This document shows positions 1 to 13,961 of a DNA stretch of 64,000 nt, one piece after another. The translations under genes and the position numbers were made by a program. Within the stretch, counting starts at the first letter, position 1, and every line of letters starts with the position of its first letter. The DNA is taken from assembly GCA_951406725.2 (NCBI GenBank), contig OX597818.1, positions 114,390,001 to 114,454,000 on the forward strand, in the 5' to 3' direction. The stretch comes from Octopus vulgaris (Eukaryota). The notes below the pieces were generated by a model that did no database searches, had not been told where the DNA came from, and saw nothing but the letters and a program-made list of their open reading frames with translations.

Positions 1-87
1 AGCATGGAATTTACACATCAAATCAGAATTGTAGAAGTTTTTACGATTGAGTTATTAAAATAGAATAGGAGTGAATCACCGCGCATT

Positions 88-139
<52 letters not shown>

Positions 140-641
140 GCATCCCCAGAGCAGCAACTAAATTTGTTACGAATACACCTTTTTAGTAATGTAAGCATGT
201 GTATGTCTGTGTGTCTTTGTTGAATGTGTGTGTGTGTGTGTGCGTATACGTCTGTATGTGTACAACGTTACAGCCTAGATGTCCTTTTTAAAAAAAATTC
301 TTTATTGTATTTATAGATGTTACTAAAGACTATGTTGAAAGTCATTCAAGATGAGAGCATCTCAGAGATGCTGTTTTCCACTTTTCTTTCTTCTCGAAGG
401 CATTCCTTTCTTTAAGTGTTCAAGGCGTGTCTTGAGTGAGGTTTCAATGCTTACAGCAAGCCCCTTTCTTGAACCACATTGTTCATGTCATTTGATTCAA
501 ATGAAAAATGTTTGGAATGTCTTACAGATCGACACTGTTGACCTGACATTCAATTTGACAGATACTACGAACTCTTTTTATCTCTCACCTTCCTCAGCAA
601 AACCTAGAGTAACTTACATTGTCCCCTGAAAACACCTGTGT

Positions 642-684
<43 letters not shown>

Positions 685-699
685 ACACACACACACTTT

Positions 700-1010
700 G
701 ATACTTAGATGGGTTTCGGCTAGTATTGGCCCAGGACATGTTTAACTTAATAGCACCACCTGGCGAAGTCATTCAAATCAGGAATCGGAAAACATGACCC
801 ACTCGGGTAGAGGGTTATGCTTTACGGAGAAATATCCGGGTGTAGGAGGTTTAACCAGGATTTCTTGAAGGAATTTGTCCAAAGACTTCTAGAACTTTAT
901 GGGGTCCGTTTCTGCATTAATGTATTTCGGTGTAAGATATACACGATAGAAAAAGCGTATAGTGTCTACCTGTATAATAATCTGAACATTTGCTCTCCAT
1001 TTTACCAGTG
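700..1010 (-). mobile_element. CR1-like LINE 3' fragment
   Basis: Minus strand reads ETDPIKF*KSLDKFLQEILVKPPTPGY. Same C-terminus and 3' UTR (ggtggtgctattaagtta..catg..gaaac) as the copy at 23100-23545. Confidence 0.7.
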
Positions 1011-2124
1011 CTCATTGGATTTTGGTTGTAATAGTTTCAAGGCATACTAAATTCAGTTTGGGGCAAATCGCTGCTCCCTGCGTGACTTTCTGAGTGACAC
1101 TCCTCGACGAAAAATTAACTTGTATTATTTCAGTGTGGCCCACCCGATGAAGAGCCATGTCTCAGGTGGCTTAATTCTCAATAAAGGCTATCCATGCCTG
1201 TTCTAGATGTTCATAGCTTTCTGGTCTACGTAAAGCAATCCATCTGCGAAAGGCAAAGATGACTCAAAGCGAAACTAGACAATGTGTGATTAGGTAACAT
1301 AAGAAAGAGTACATTTATGGAACTGTACAGTTTCTTTCATCCACTCAAATTTCGAAATTTTCAAATTCTCTGACAAAAAATGCCCTAATGGGGCACGTTT
1401 TGTGTTATTGAATATTATTTGTGATGAATTGATGTCAGTCTTATAACAATCCTTGGCTACCTTAGTTATTTGCTAGTTTGTCACTTTTCTCACCATTTTC
1501 ATTAGCTTTCTTTACCTGTCAAGCAAGTAAGCGGGAGCGGCGGCGTTCACGTGCCACACCCAAAATCCACTCGGCTTAGTCTTCTGCAACATACATACAT
1601 TTTAGAAAAAAAGAAAAAGCGTGCCCCGTACGAACCGTCAAAGATTTACTTAATTTATTTTGACTGGAAATTAATATATGATAATTTAATTTTTAATTGG
1701 TGACAAATTAATTTTCTTACGTAGACAAATTTCTTAGCTGTTTCTGAATATTAGAACAGTGAGCAGAATTCCTCTCTGTACTCCGTTTTAAGTTACTGTT
1801 TGTCTTTGATAATTTAGGAGTTATTTAAAATGTACCAGTCTAAGACAGTGGATCAGCAAACTTAATAAAACCGGGCTGGATATTTTGCGTTCTAAGTTCA
1901 AAGCACTCAATATCCTTACGTGAGTGGCCTGTTTAATGTCGCAGTCTGACACATTGGGAGATTTTTATGTTGCAAGCATTTGGTTTCAGGGTATCTTCCT
2001 CGCTCCCTCCACCATCTTTAAAACTCTCCAAGGGGTCATCTACCCTCCCGACGAAAAGATAAAAGGAAAAGTGCGCCTTTTATATTACATTTCAGACATA
2101 AAAAACAAATTTCTCTAAATATCA

Positions 2125-2285
2125 TGGGCGTGGTTGTGTAGTAAGAAGCTTACTTCTCAACAACATAGTTCCGGCTTCAGTCCCACAGTATGACAATTTG
2201 GGCAAGTGTCTTTTGCTATAGCCTCTGGCTGACCAAGGCCTTGCGAGTGGATTTGGTAGCCAGAAACCGAGAGAAGCCTGTCGTG
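2125..2285 (+). mobile_element. SINE family A, 5' tRNA-derived head running into (TA)n
   Basis: Matches the head of the full copy at 53103 (tggttgtgtagtaag...ttcagtccca...ttgggcaagtgtc...gtggatttggtag). Confidence 0.75.
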
Positions 2286-2287
2286 TA

Positions 2288-2362
<75 letters not shown>

Positions 2363-2530
2363 TTAATTAAATATATTCTCTTGGAATATTATACACTGAA
2401 TTTATAATGAGTGCTCTTTGTATAAAATGTCAAAAATATTAATACTATAAAGTATTTAGACATTAATACGAGCGATTATATATACCGTATTTTGAAATAA
2501 TAGCATGAAATTTAATAACAAAAAAATTTC

Positions 2531-2908
2531 TCATGAAGATGTTTATGTCTAAATTAGTATTGTATTAAAAAATATATATATAAATATATGAAACACGACC
2601 GCTTAAAAATTTGTTAATTAGAAGAATGCCTTTAATGAATGTTACATATTGTGCTCTCTATTTAGAAAGAGCACTTAGTACTGAATTAATTAAACATGGA
2701 AAAGCAATATCTGGGAATTTTTCTTAAAGATATACCGATTCCTTGTAAGAACACATATTTATTATCCTTACTTCAGAAAACCAATGACTTAATAAAAAGA
2801 ATGTGATGGAAGGCATTCTTCTAATTAACAAATTTTTAAGCTGCCATGTTTCATATATTTACATATATTTTTAATACAATCCTATTTTAGACATATACAC
2901 CTTCGTGA
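2531..2908. repeat. Imperfect inverted repeat, ~100-bp arms
   Basis: 2531-2631 (...gcttaaaaatttgttaattagaagaatgcctt) is the reverse complement of ~2810-2908 (aaggcattcttctaattaacaaatttttaagc...). Confidence 0.8.
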
Positions 2909-2948
2909 CTGATGATGTTAGAAACACCTACATTGCTAGAAGTAGCAG

Positions 2949-2988
<40 letters not shown>

Positions 2989-4196
2989 AGGAGGGAGAGT
3001 GGCATTGCATTTGTGTTTGTCCTCCACCAGCGCTTGACAGTGTTGGTGTTTTTGCGTCCCCATAACTTAGTGATTCGACAAAAAGCAACCGATAGAATCA
3101 GAACCAGTCTTTACAAAAATAAATCGTGGGATCGTTTCCTTCGACTAAAATTATTGAAGGCGATAAAACAATACAGACAGGTCGACACATCACATGTCCG
3201 TGTATACTAACTCATCATTAGTAATCGCCAAAATAAATTAATTACTTCTATTGACAGCAGCAATAGGGAGATTGTTAATTATGATGTTCATAGTTTCTTA
3301 ATTCATTGCCTGCCATGAACCCCATTTGCGGATCTGCTGAAAACAGTCTCACGGCCGGTTGTTCCTTGTATTTAAAGTGAACTGATACTATAGTTTCAAT
3401 AAAAAAAAAAGGTTTATTATTGCAATTGAATAGAAAAGGATAAATATGCTTTTGTTTTTCAGCAATTCCCATTTGGGACTTTGCGAAAAAATTTTCATAA
3501 TTTCCAAAGTAAATCATACATAAAGAAAATTTAAATACTATATATTGTTTTAATTCCTAAGACACATGACAAAGCCAAAAAATATGAATTTTAAAAACAT
3601 TGGTAGTTAATGGGTTAAATAATTTTTTTTTTTTTTTGTATTAGCATTAGTTGAAAGCTGCGAGCTGGCAGAATCGTTAGTGCGCCAGGCAAAATACTTA
3701 ACGGTATTTTTATGTTCTGAGTTCAAACCCAACCGAAGTCGACTTTGCCTTTCATCCTTTCGGAGTCGATGAGATAAGTAGACGTTCATTGGCTACAACC
3801 CATATGCAAGTCAATGTTATTTACTTCTCTACTCTAGACCACACCTTAAAATAGATCTGGTTTTAAAAATAATACTTAGATAGTCTTCTATTTACTTATT
3901 AGATAATAAAGATCATTGTTTGATAAAAAGAAAAGGAATGGAAAGAGAAAAATATCTAGAAGTGGGTGTGTGATAAAAAGTTTGTTTCCCAGCCACGTGA
4001 TTCCGGGCGAGTGTCTTCTACTGTAGTCTGGGAGCGACTAAAGCCTTGTGCGTGGATTTAGTAGAAGAAAACTGAAAGAGGCCCGGCGTGCATGTCATGT
4101 CTTAACAGCCCTTATCGTTTTCACTGTCCTGTTTTTGGTATTAAGTTTGACCCTCTGCAAATCTCAAATTTTATGTAATTTGCTTTGCCGGAGCGA

Positions 4197-4265
4197 CTGT
4201 TTTGACGAAGGCACATCTTGTCGTAAATGCTCGAAACGTGGACAGCCGACAACTGATGAAGGGTC
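4197..4265 (+). ncRNA. Degenerate type-I hammerhead motif (probable Penelope-like pLTR relic)
   Basis: ctgtt-TTGACGA-aggca..tgctc-GAAA-cg-TG-gacag. Core C>T and a non-cleavable GUG triplet. A second CTGATGA follows at 4253. Confidence 0.45.
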
Positions 4266-4419
4266 GTTCTTTATGTTGCTTGTCTTGTTTTCCATTTGTT
4301 TCTTTCGTTGTTCGTAAAAGAAAAAAAGGTTCGCATTCCATGTTTACGTATTTCGTATTTCCTGTTGTTTACGTTCTATGACGACCTCTACTTATATATA
4401 TATGAGAGTGTGTGTGTGT

Positions 4420-4610
4420 TTCTCCTCAATCATCGCTTGAAAAAAGGTGTTGGTGTGTTTATGTCCCCATAACTTAGCGGTTCGGCAATAGAGAACCGAT
4501 AGAATAAGTGCTAGGCTTACAAAGAATAATACGTCCTGGAGTCAATTTGTTCGACTAGAGGCGGTGCTCCAGTATGGCCGCAGTCAAATGACTGAAACAA
4601 GTAAAAGAAT
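4420..4610 (+). mobile_element. SINE family A, 3' half
   Basis: gtgtttatgtcccc...aacttagcggttcggc...ggcggtgctccag...gactgaaacaagtaaaag. Further 3' halves lie at ~3000-3170 and ~5070-5270. Confidence 0.8.
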
Positions 4611-4614
4611 AGTA

Positions 4615-4820
4615 GGCGGACCACGCCCATTAGAATCAAACTCTCCCTTCTCTCTATCCCCTCCTCTTCTTATCTCTGTTTAGTATGTGTGAGTGAGTGT
4701 GTGAGTATGGTGGGGGTGTGTGTGCTTGAACGTCCTTGCTCTCAAAGGCAGGTAAAACTAGCCAATATATAAAGCCGTAGGATTTTGAATGCTTTTATTC
4801 ATATTGTTCTCGAAAAGGCA
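4615..4820 (+). promoter_or_regulatory. Possible core promoter for an upstream non-coding first exon
   Basis: GC/CACCC-like box (ggcggaccacgccc ~4615-4628), CCAAT directly followed by TATATAAAG (4762-4774), Inr-like TCATATT ~4799. An alternative is TATAAA at 7191 with ACAGTT ~30 nt downstream. Sequence alone cannot decide between them. Confidence 0.2.
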
Positions 4821-5870
4821 TGTGTGTGTGTGAGTGTGTGTGCGCGCGCGTTCATAGTGCGTCTAAGCTTGCATGCGTGTGTGTGTGTGCATCTGCATGC
4901 ATGTATGTATTTATGTCTGTCTGTATGTATGTATATTGTTCTAGTTAAAAAGCTGTTGGATAATCATTTGGATTTGAGACGGATTATCTGCTATTGTGTA
5001 GATTATTGCAGTATTGGTTTCAATCTAATAAGGTATGTGTGTGTGTATGTGTGCATTTGTATGTCTGTGTTTGTTCACCCACCATCGTTTGACAACCGAT
5101 GCTGGTGTGCTTACGTCCCCGTAACTTAGCAGTTCTGCAAAAGAGAACCGGTAGGATAGGTACCAGGCTTACAAAGAATAAGTCCTGGGGTCGATTTGTT
5201 CGACTAGAGGCGATGCTCCAGAATGGCCGCAGTCAAAATGACTGAAACCAGTAAAGGAGTAATAAAGTAAAAAAGCGTATATATATATATATATATATAA
5301 CATTTGATTTCAGCATTTGCAAAGCCTATTCGACCGTAAGAGAATGAAATGCTGGTTCAATAAGATCGCGTGGGATTTTAGGCAAGTGTCTCGCCATTTA
5401 CAACCTCCGGTTGATCCAAGCTTTGTCAGTCATATGGCTCGCCGAAAACTATTTAGAAACCTTAGAGATCGATCAAATGTGTCGTTCAAAAATCCGACCT
5501 TGTGTCAGTCTGTCATACTTGAGTCTATCCAGCAGATTACGTCAAAAATACAAAGGGTGTGCAGAAATACTTAACCACGCAGGTTTCAGATCGTTTGGTT
5601 GATTAACCAAATGAAAGCGACTGAGATTCATTTTCATTTATAGCTTTTTAATTTTCTGCCGCTGTCTCCTAGCTTTTTTTTTCCTTCACACTCACACACA
5701 CACATACACACACGCACACATGCATTCATATATATATACATACATAATTTTAATTTTTAATCGGCAGCAGTTAAAGTGTGGCTCAAAAGCCTAGAGCTTC
5801 GTTTGTTGGCATTTATTGATAAGTGCCAATGCACGGAAATCTCGAACCGTGTGACACTGTAATTTCTGCC

Positions 5871-5964
<94 letters not shown>

Positions 5965-6012
5965 AAGAAGAATAGTAATAATAATAATGATGATGATCAT
6001 AATAATAATAAT
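5871..6012. repeat. Compound (AAT)n(AAG)n microsatellite
   Basis: Directly visible. Confidence 0.95.
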
Positions 6013-7958
6013 TTTAATTATTATTATTATATAGACATACTACAAACTACATACATGTACATGCATGCATACATACGTATATGTTTGTGTGTGTGTGTAT
6101 GTCTGTATGAAGTGGTACAATTTACTTTCAGTTCGTAGTTTTTCTATTTCTCTTGAGGTCAAATACTCTTGATGAAAGCCGAAGCCGTATAAAATTTATA
6201 TTAACCATCGAAATATACCATTATTTAGGGAAGTCGAAAGCATTTAATTTCCTCATTTAACTGCACTTGCAATCAATGATAAGCCGACATTTCAACATGT
6301 TCATTGTGATCCGAAATACTGAATGTAACAGAGCTGAATATTCTTGCATCAAACGTAATTTTAAAATTATTATGCGTACGAATCTAATTTAATAGTATTA
6401 TCACTTCCATGTCAGACAAGATTGAATGTATGTATTACAAGAGCGTAATTCTTACTCTAGGCAAAGTAGAGGCTATTTGATATGAAGCTTTAGTGTCTGA
6501 GAATGTGATTATTGAATTACTGACTTTTAGTTCAATGAAAACGATTCTTGTTTTAAAATAAATGCCCAATTTTCAGTGTGACTAAATCAGACTAGCGCGC
6601 CCCCCACACCCACCCACCCACAAGACTAGGATTCAATGATTCAATGTAAATTGTTAATCTATGAGCGAGTATCTAAATATAGGGAGACAAACCCGCAAGT
6701 ATATTTTCTCGTTGAGAAATTTCGTCCACGAATATCTTTGAGTCATTATCAATAAGTTTCCTCTGAGAAGTAATGTCCACCGATGAGTCACAACTTTTGA
6801 GCGAAGGACTCAGAGTCACACGCTGTACCTCACTTCCCTTATGACTCAATAAATGTATAAACCTATCACAGTAGTGTCCCTTTTTCTTTTTACAATATAT
6901 TCTATAAGTTTACTCAAAAGCACAAACACATGTTTCCGGTACAACCATTTTTTCCTATCCTTCACCGGGTTGTTGATAAGTTTGAAAATTTCATCACATA
7001 CAACAATATATTTTCTAATTCTCCCGGGTGCCTCTGTCGCCGGGTCGGGTGGTTCGACTCTCCGTATCAGCCTTAGCTTTATGTTAACCCCCATCGTATC
7101 AAAATTGTTCTAACCATGAACTTCTCAGTTCATTTTCTATTTCACATTATCTGACATGACTTTTGTTAAGAAGAAAAGGTGGGGCATTGATATAAATTTG
7201 GCGGTAATTTCTAACTGACACAGTTACTAAGTGGTAGGCGCCTTTTCATTGACTAAAGAGATAAACAGTTTAAACAACAGGTGGTATGGTTCTCTTAAGA
7301 TAATCTTGTTTGTCAACCCACTCTGCTTTACTCATTGTTTTGCTCAACTGCTGAAACTGCAAAATATTACTGACAACCCAGAGATAAAATAGTGAAAACA
7401 AACAAGGAAAGACACTACGAGCTTCTCAGTAATGGCGGGTATTTGGTAGTCACTCATTGTCACCGTTATCACCGCAACCACCACTATCACCACCGCCGCC
7501 GCCATCAACACACCATTATCTCTATTACTGTCACTATCACGTTGCTACAGCCTTCACCACAACTGCAGCCACAGCCCTCACCACAACAACCGTCACCTAC
7601 TTCTACGACTACTACTACTGAGCGCTCGTCTCGGTCGATTGATTTGCTAGAAATAGCAGTCACAATTTCCTTAATCCACAATTTTTATATCCGAAAGATA
7701 AATCAGAAAAGGGGTTGGATTCCATAGTTTTTTGAAATATGAAAAATGTGCTGATGGTCATGGTTGCAACGCCTTTGATCATAGTCCTGTTTCAACGCAT
7801 CCCAATCAATCAACGACACTTCTTGTTCGTGGCATTATCATTATTGATACTGTTACCAGTAATAGCAATAATAACTAACTGCTAAAAACTAACAAGAAGG
7901 CCTCTCAATACGATCACTGAACAACCAAATCTTTCTCAAATCGAACTCTGTTTTAGAA

Positions 7959-8018
<60 letters not shown>

Positions 8019-8341
8019 ACAGTAAACAAATATGTGTGTGTGTTTGTGTGTGTGTTGTGTGTCTCTTGTGTCGGCTGCTTGTTTCGTGCATGTCTATATA
8101 CGCGTAGATATATATATATATATATAAGTTCAGCAAAATTTAGATTCAGATGAATATGGTATTAAGTTAAAGGCACCAGAATTTTGTATGGTATTATCCA
8201 TATAAATCAAATGGGGTGATTATAATCAAAATAAGCAACAAGGATGTCCAAAGTAGTGTAGTACAATTGTTTCATGCTACTTCATTTTATTAAACACTGT
8301 AAGTATTACATCAGTTTTAAAATGTCGAGCAATCGATATAG

Positions 8342-8389
<48 letters not shown>

Positions 8390-8606
8390 TTGTATTTCTT
8401 TGAATGTATAGATAGTACTTTTGGCAATCACCTTCTAGTATATATTTTAGCTATTGTACTTCTAGGACTGTAAATTTTGACATTTTTTAAAACCAGTTGT
8501 GTGAGATTCATGTTATTCGGTTGCAATTTCTAGCAGATCAAATGATCCCCACAAAGGCTCTCATGTTAGCTTTGTATTAACTTTATCAACAAACCTATCA
8601 TGAAAC

Positions 8607-8681
<75 letters not shown>

Positions 8682-8758
8682 AAAAAACAAAAGACGAAGA
8701 CAGGTGGTGTATAAAACAAACAGATGTACTAGTATAACGCTCAGGAAATTGAAAAAGT

Positions 8759-8794
8759 CTTTTACGTTTCGAGACTACGCTCTTCAACAGAAAG
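8759..8794 (-). ncRNA. Degenerate minimal hammerhead motif
   Basis: Minus strand: cttt-CTGTTGA-agagcgtagtctc-GAAA-cg-TA-aaag. Stem I and palindromic stem III are intact, with one core substitution. Confidence 0.5.
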
Positions 8795-8805
8795 GGACAC
8801 ACACA

Positions 8806-8860
<55 letters not shown>

Positions 8861-8894
8861 TCAGGATTAAATAAAAAGAAGGCAACTAACGGAA

Positions 8895-9092
8895 AATATT
8901 AGCGCGCTGGGCGAAATGCTTAGCGGCATTTCGTCTGCCGTTACGTTCTGAGTTCAAATTCCGCCCAGGTCGACTTTGCCTTTCATCCTTTCGGGGTCGA
9001 TAAATAAAGTACCAGTTTCGTACTGGGGTCGATGTAATCGACTTAATCCGTTTGTCTGTCTTTGTTTAGCCCCTTTGTGGGTAGTAAAGAAA
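8895..9092 (+). mobile_element. SINE family B monomer
   Basis: gggcgaaatgcttagcggcatttcgtc...gagttcaaattcc (B-box-like)...gtcgactttgcctttcatcctttcggggtcga...gtgggtagtaaagaaata. Confidence 0.85.
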
Positions 9093-9273
9093 TATATATT
9101 GTAGCATAGTCCATTAGGGGCCAGCCAAAAGGGGTGTTCTGGAGTTATAAACATCAGTAGCACTGTCCCGTATAGGACGCCAGACTTGTTTGGCAATTAT
9201 ATGTTACGATTCCGATTCCGTTACGAGTCGCCTAACATAATGTAAATTATCATAGGAGCGCTAAAACTTAACT

Positions 9274-9307
<34 letters not shown>

Positions 9308-10208
9308 AATATATATAAATATTATTTGCATAAATAAAGATTATTTGGATATTCTCCGCATGCGTATACATGTCTACATGTGTGTAATTACATCTGTCAG
9401 ACATGTTCTGTTTTTTCTCTTTTTCTTTATGTCCTTTTGAGCAAAGCATAAGGACACACTACACTTGACTAGAGAATCAGTCGTAAGGAATACGTGCATT
9501 ACTACGAACTGACTGTAACCGTAAAATAGAATACTTCAGAGAAGTCTGCATGGAAAATTAATGTAAATGAAAATTAATGTAAATAATCCAAGGAGCCTTT
9601 ATGAATCTAACCCAAAAATAATCATACCATACAGTAAAAAAATAAAAACAAAAAAATAAATAAATAAAAAAGCAAATTAGTTTGGCAAGTACGGGAGACA
9701 ACTCCTGATATGTTTCAATCTTCTTATAATCTCTACAGCGAAGCCATGGGCTTTAACATGACGATGTAGTTGTGGAGGAATCGTTCGTAACGATTTGTAG
9801 TCAACGTTTTAATGTTTAAATTAAACAATTAAGGTTTCATGATAACATTAAAAATATTTACATTGAACCAACTACAGTAATTCCTGCCGATGGCGCCTCT
9901 AATTTATGTCGGACATATATTTCATGATTGTTAGTGGCTTGGACTCGTTATTTTCTATAGACGCTGCGAGTGATTGTGGTGTTGGTCTTAAAATAGTTAG
10001 GATTAGGAGCAATAATGGAAAAGTCCATCGTGACAACGGTGGCAACGAGAGCAATAACTATGGTTACTGTAGCGACACAAGTTCTGATGGTTCAGGCGAA
10101 GGCGGTAGTGGTCGTATAAATAATGTCGTCATGTTAACTCTAAGTGGCTCACAGAGCATTCAGCAGGGCAGGTCGGTCGATGTTAATCATAGTAACAGTA
10201 GCCATCAT

Positions 10209-10294
<86 letters not shown>

Positions 10295-10473
10295 GTAGTA
10301 GTAGTAGCAGTAGTAGTCGTACAGACAGCAGCAGCGGTATTACCGGTGGTGGTGGTGGTAGTAGCAGGTGGTCGTGATGATGGTGGTAGTTTTCACAATA
10401 AGCATGTATGTGGCTCTGTTCCTTTAGATCTGATCGATTGTATTTTTTTTCTATTTCAACAGAACAATTAAAA

Positions 10474-10543
10474 ATGAAGGCCGTAATACTATGCCTGGCT
10501 ATTATGCTCTCTTACGCTCTACTGGCAGTAGCAAACAACGACA
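10474..10543 (+). CDS. Coding exon 1 of a small secreted/GPI-anchored mucin-like glycopeptide gene (signal-peptide exon)
   Basis: Acceptor tttttttctatttcaacAG ends at 10462. Start context aaaATGa. Encodes MKAVILCLAIMLSYALLAVANND plus 1 nt, then donor GTAAGT at 10544 (phase 1). Typical n/h/c signal peptide with A-V-A cleavage motif. Confidence 0.85.
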
Positions 10544-10580
10544 GTAAGTAGTTTCTCTCCACATTACATACATACGTACA

Positions 10581-10616
<36 letters not shown>

Positions 10617-10619
10617 TTC

Positions 10620-10837
10620 TTTTATTCTTTAATTCTTTTACTTGTTTCAGTTGAGTGATGCCATGCTGGAGCACCGTCTCGAAGGATTCTCAGCCGAATG
10701 GATCGAACCCATTATTTTTTTGTAAATCCTTTTGTACATATTCTATCGGTCCATTTTGCCGAACTGCTATGTTACGGGGACGTAAACACACCAACACCGT
10801 TTGTCAAACAGTGATGTGAGGATAAACAGACACAAAG

Positions 10838-10873
<36 letters not shown>

Positions 10874-11010
10874 GACGGGGGTTCTTTCAGCTTCTGTCTA
10901 CCAAAACCCTTCACAAAGCTATAGTAGAAGACACTTGCCCAAGGTGCCACACAGTGGGACTGAACCAAGAACCATGTGGTTGGGAAGCAAGCTTCTTACT
11001 ACACAGCCAC
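10620..11010 (-). mobile_element. SINE family A copy in intron 1, antisense
   Basis: Reverse complement of the 53103 copy, including the internal (CA)n. Confidence 0.85.
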
Positions 11011-11959
11011 TCCTATACATACATACATACATACATACATACATACATACATACATACATACATACATACATACATACATACATACATGCATACATACTA
11101 TGTCTGTCCACCAAATCCACTCACAAGATTTTGATCGGCCTGGGGCTATAATATAAGACACTTGAACGAGATACCACACATCTTGTTTGGGGGTAGACAT
11201 CAGAGATAAGTGAAATGAAATCGATATTCTCTATGCATGATGGGAAATAATTGTGAACAGGCCGCTGATTGAAGTTGAAAGAATGGGAAAAAGTGAAACA
11301 GGATTCAGGAAGAGGGTTTCAGGGCCATGCGAACCGGATCATGAAGCATCAGATTTCGTTGCAGAATTTGTGCAATGCACAGGTATCTGTAGGATAACAA
11401 GGAAGTTTCTCAAAGAAGGAAAACAAAAATTGCATTGTATTTATATCATATATAATCGTAGAAAATCACAGATGTCGGGATGAAACATCATACTATCTTC
11501 TTTAGGGTCAAAATTCAAACTATATGCTGAAGTTTCCTTGTGTTTCTTCTTCATCCTTGGAAATCTCTTGGAAGTGTTTTCTTTTTTGCGATATATGGAT
11601 GATGCAAAATTCTAGCATAACTTTAGACCATGACAGAACATCAAAACCTCCAAGTATATAATGTTATTACTCCCTACAGTAAGCATACTACCATAACAGT
11701 ATACAACGTTATCGTTGTTTAGAACTGAGCTGTTCTGTAATGACGTTTATTTACAGTCATGTGTACTACATTCTGTTGATTAAATGGACAGGTTGTAGTA
11801 GCATTGACAAATAATGAACAATCGATTCCTCAGTAGATTGTCAGTTTTATCCATTTTCCAAGTTTCGATATACAACCGCATTAAAGTTATTATTTATATT
11901 ATGATGGAACGGGAAGTCATGTTGCAATTTTAGATGCGACTGAAACAATTGCTTCTTCG

Positions 11960-13133
11960 CTCCTACTTGGTATATTTAATCAAGATAATATTTCCAATCA
12001 TTATTGATCACATGATACCTTATATCTGGCTAATTGTTGATCACTCGACCATAAAATTCTTCAGGTTTCGAAACTAATAAAAGCCTCGGTATCACTCTTG
12101 AGCTCTTTACGAGTAATAAACACTTTTCCTTCTAAATAATGTTGCAATGATCTGGAAATATGGTTATCACACGAAGTTAGATCAGGAGAATAAGGAAGAT
12201 GAAGCAAGGATGGCATATTTAGTGTAATAATAGTCTTTTCCCAAGTGACTTGGACAATAAGTGGTCTGCATTATGATTTACCAATGGCGGCCCTTTTCCT
12301 GTAAGTTTTTGAGCAATGTATCAAATGATAATATTATAGCTCGGCAATAACAGTTTCGTCTTGATTGAGCACTTCATGATAGGCAATACCTTCATTTCTC
12401 ACTAAACTCAGAGCGTAACATTTTCGGGTGCAATCTTGGCTTGGGATGGATTACCTCTTTTCGTTGGGTATTTCTTTACTACCCACAAGGAGCTAAACAC
12501 AGGAGAAACAAGGACAGATAAACAGATTGTTCTTGTTGGATATGGTTATAGAGAAGGCCCTTTTCATCACTTGTGATTACTCAAGACAACGATGCAAAGC
12601 AGAGGTCAACTCTCTAATTAAGCTGAGAAGCAGCCAGCGGATGAAGAGCCCACTAGCCAAGTTTAGACACTTTTCCTACTGTTTTTTTTTTACCTAAGTG
12701 TGGCTTGAATTGTTTCTAATTCTCGTGAAGTTTGCTTTGAATTTTCTTCAACTGTGGTTTTCAGAATGTCAGTATTGACAGAACTTGTTTGTCCAAATTG
12801 AGGGAAATGTGCGGCAGAAAATCTAGCCAAATCCCCGTTGGCATATCCGGACACTTAAAGGTTGATTTCTATAGACAAATGAATATTCTTTGCCGTTTCT
12901 ATTGCTAAAAAGACCATTTTGAATGCATGCAGCATGCGATGCCTGATATGGGCCTGATTTAAACCCGCTTCAAAAGGATAAAATCGATACAAATTTAACT
13001 ACTATAGTATAAAGTAATCTGTAAAGAAAGAGAAAAGCATTGAAATATAACACTTAATGCTAGTTTTACCGTAAAAAGTACCGTCAAAGGGATCATGTCA
13101 AAAATGTGACAAGCCTTTCTTTCCAACTTAATA
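11960..13133 (-). mobile_element. Decayed mariner (DD34D) transposon in intron 1
   Basis: Minus-strand fragments HIRHRMLHAFK...ETAKNI and LHLPYSPDLTSCDNHISRSLQHYLEGK...KPEEFY (mariner HPPYSPDL motif). TIR-like end TAttaagttggaaagaaagg at ~13133. Many stops and frameshifts. Confidence 0.8.
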
Positions 13134-13652
13134 CATATTTTTAACGGTGGTATTGGATAATGTTAATTAATTGTGGTAGGCATACTTTAAAGAAAAAACG
13201 GAGAAGGAATGGCTTCAGTCTAGATCCAAAGTTGAACTGACTACATAAGGAAACGCATTTCCCGACTGTGTTGTTTTTGTTACCGTTGGATAGCCCAGTG
13301 TAAAGCTGACTGAATAGGCATATCATCAAAGGTATTTCAGCTATAACAGTCACATATTTCTAGGGTTATGCAGATCAACATTATCCGATGTATCCTTCTC
13401 ATAATTGTGGTGGGTATATCATTTGATGAACATTTGTCTGCTGTTTCGTTAGAAGTCAGTCAACAAATCTCCGGCTCAATCATTAGCCCGATTAAAGTAA
13501 ATATGCATACAGCAATATATCAAATTGTTTCTGTTTAAAAAAAGTCGTGATATTTGTAAAATAAAATTCATTGCCAAATATTGTAATATTCAAAAATAAA
13601 TTATATATTTTTAAAAATGCTAACATTGGGTCTCACTTCTATACTTTTCCAG

Positions 13653-13747
13653 CTGCATCCAACACGACAATGTCTCCGAGTGTTACAGAAGAAGAAGGGG
13701 CGAACGGAACCACATCAAAGCCAGAAACCACCACTTCAGGATATTCG
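13653..13747 (+). CDS. Coding exon 2 of the same gene (Ser/Thr-rich mature peptide)
   Basis: Acceptor cttctatacttttccAG at 13651-13652. The 95 nt complete the phase-1 codon and give TASNTTMSPSVTEEEGANGTTSKPETTTSGYS. Donor GTATGT at 13748 (phase 0). Confidence 0.85.
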
Positions 13748-13961
13748 GTATGTTTGTATTATATAAAAAGTCGAAGGAGAAATAGAATTCCCTTTATTTT
13801 TGTTTCTATAATTTGTTCCCCAGAAAGGTGGAGAGCTAGCAGAGTGGTTAACATGCCGGACACAATTCTTAGCGGCATTTCGTCCGTCTTTTCATTGTGA
13901 GTCTGTTATGTCCTTATGGATAAGCGAATGCACTGCAACAGTGTAATAACAATATAATCGA

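Noticed and set aside
2157-2363. YIYI, THTH, poly-L, poly-N and similar ORFs throughout the track
   Set aside because: These are translations of (TA)n, (CA)n, (CATA)n and (TAA)n microsatellites.
2908-2935. CTGATGA-tgtta-GAAAC as a hammerhead
   Set aside because: No credible stem II, stem III or stem I pairing.
3280-3520. Possible hAT/Charlie-like 3' end relic
   Set aside because: Too degenerate, with no partner TIR or TSD found.
6846-7113. Overlapping 82/86-aa ORFs in non-repetitive-looking sequence
   Set aside because: No recognisable domain or splice context.
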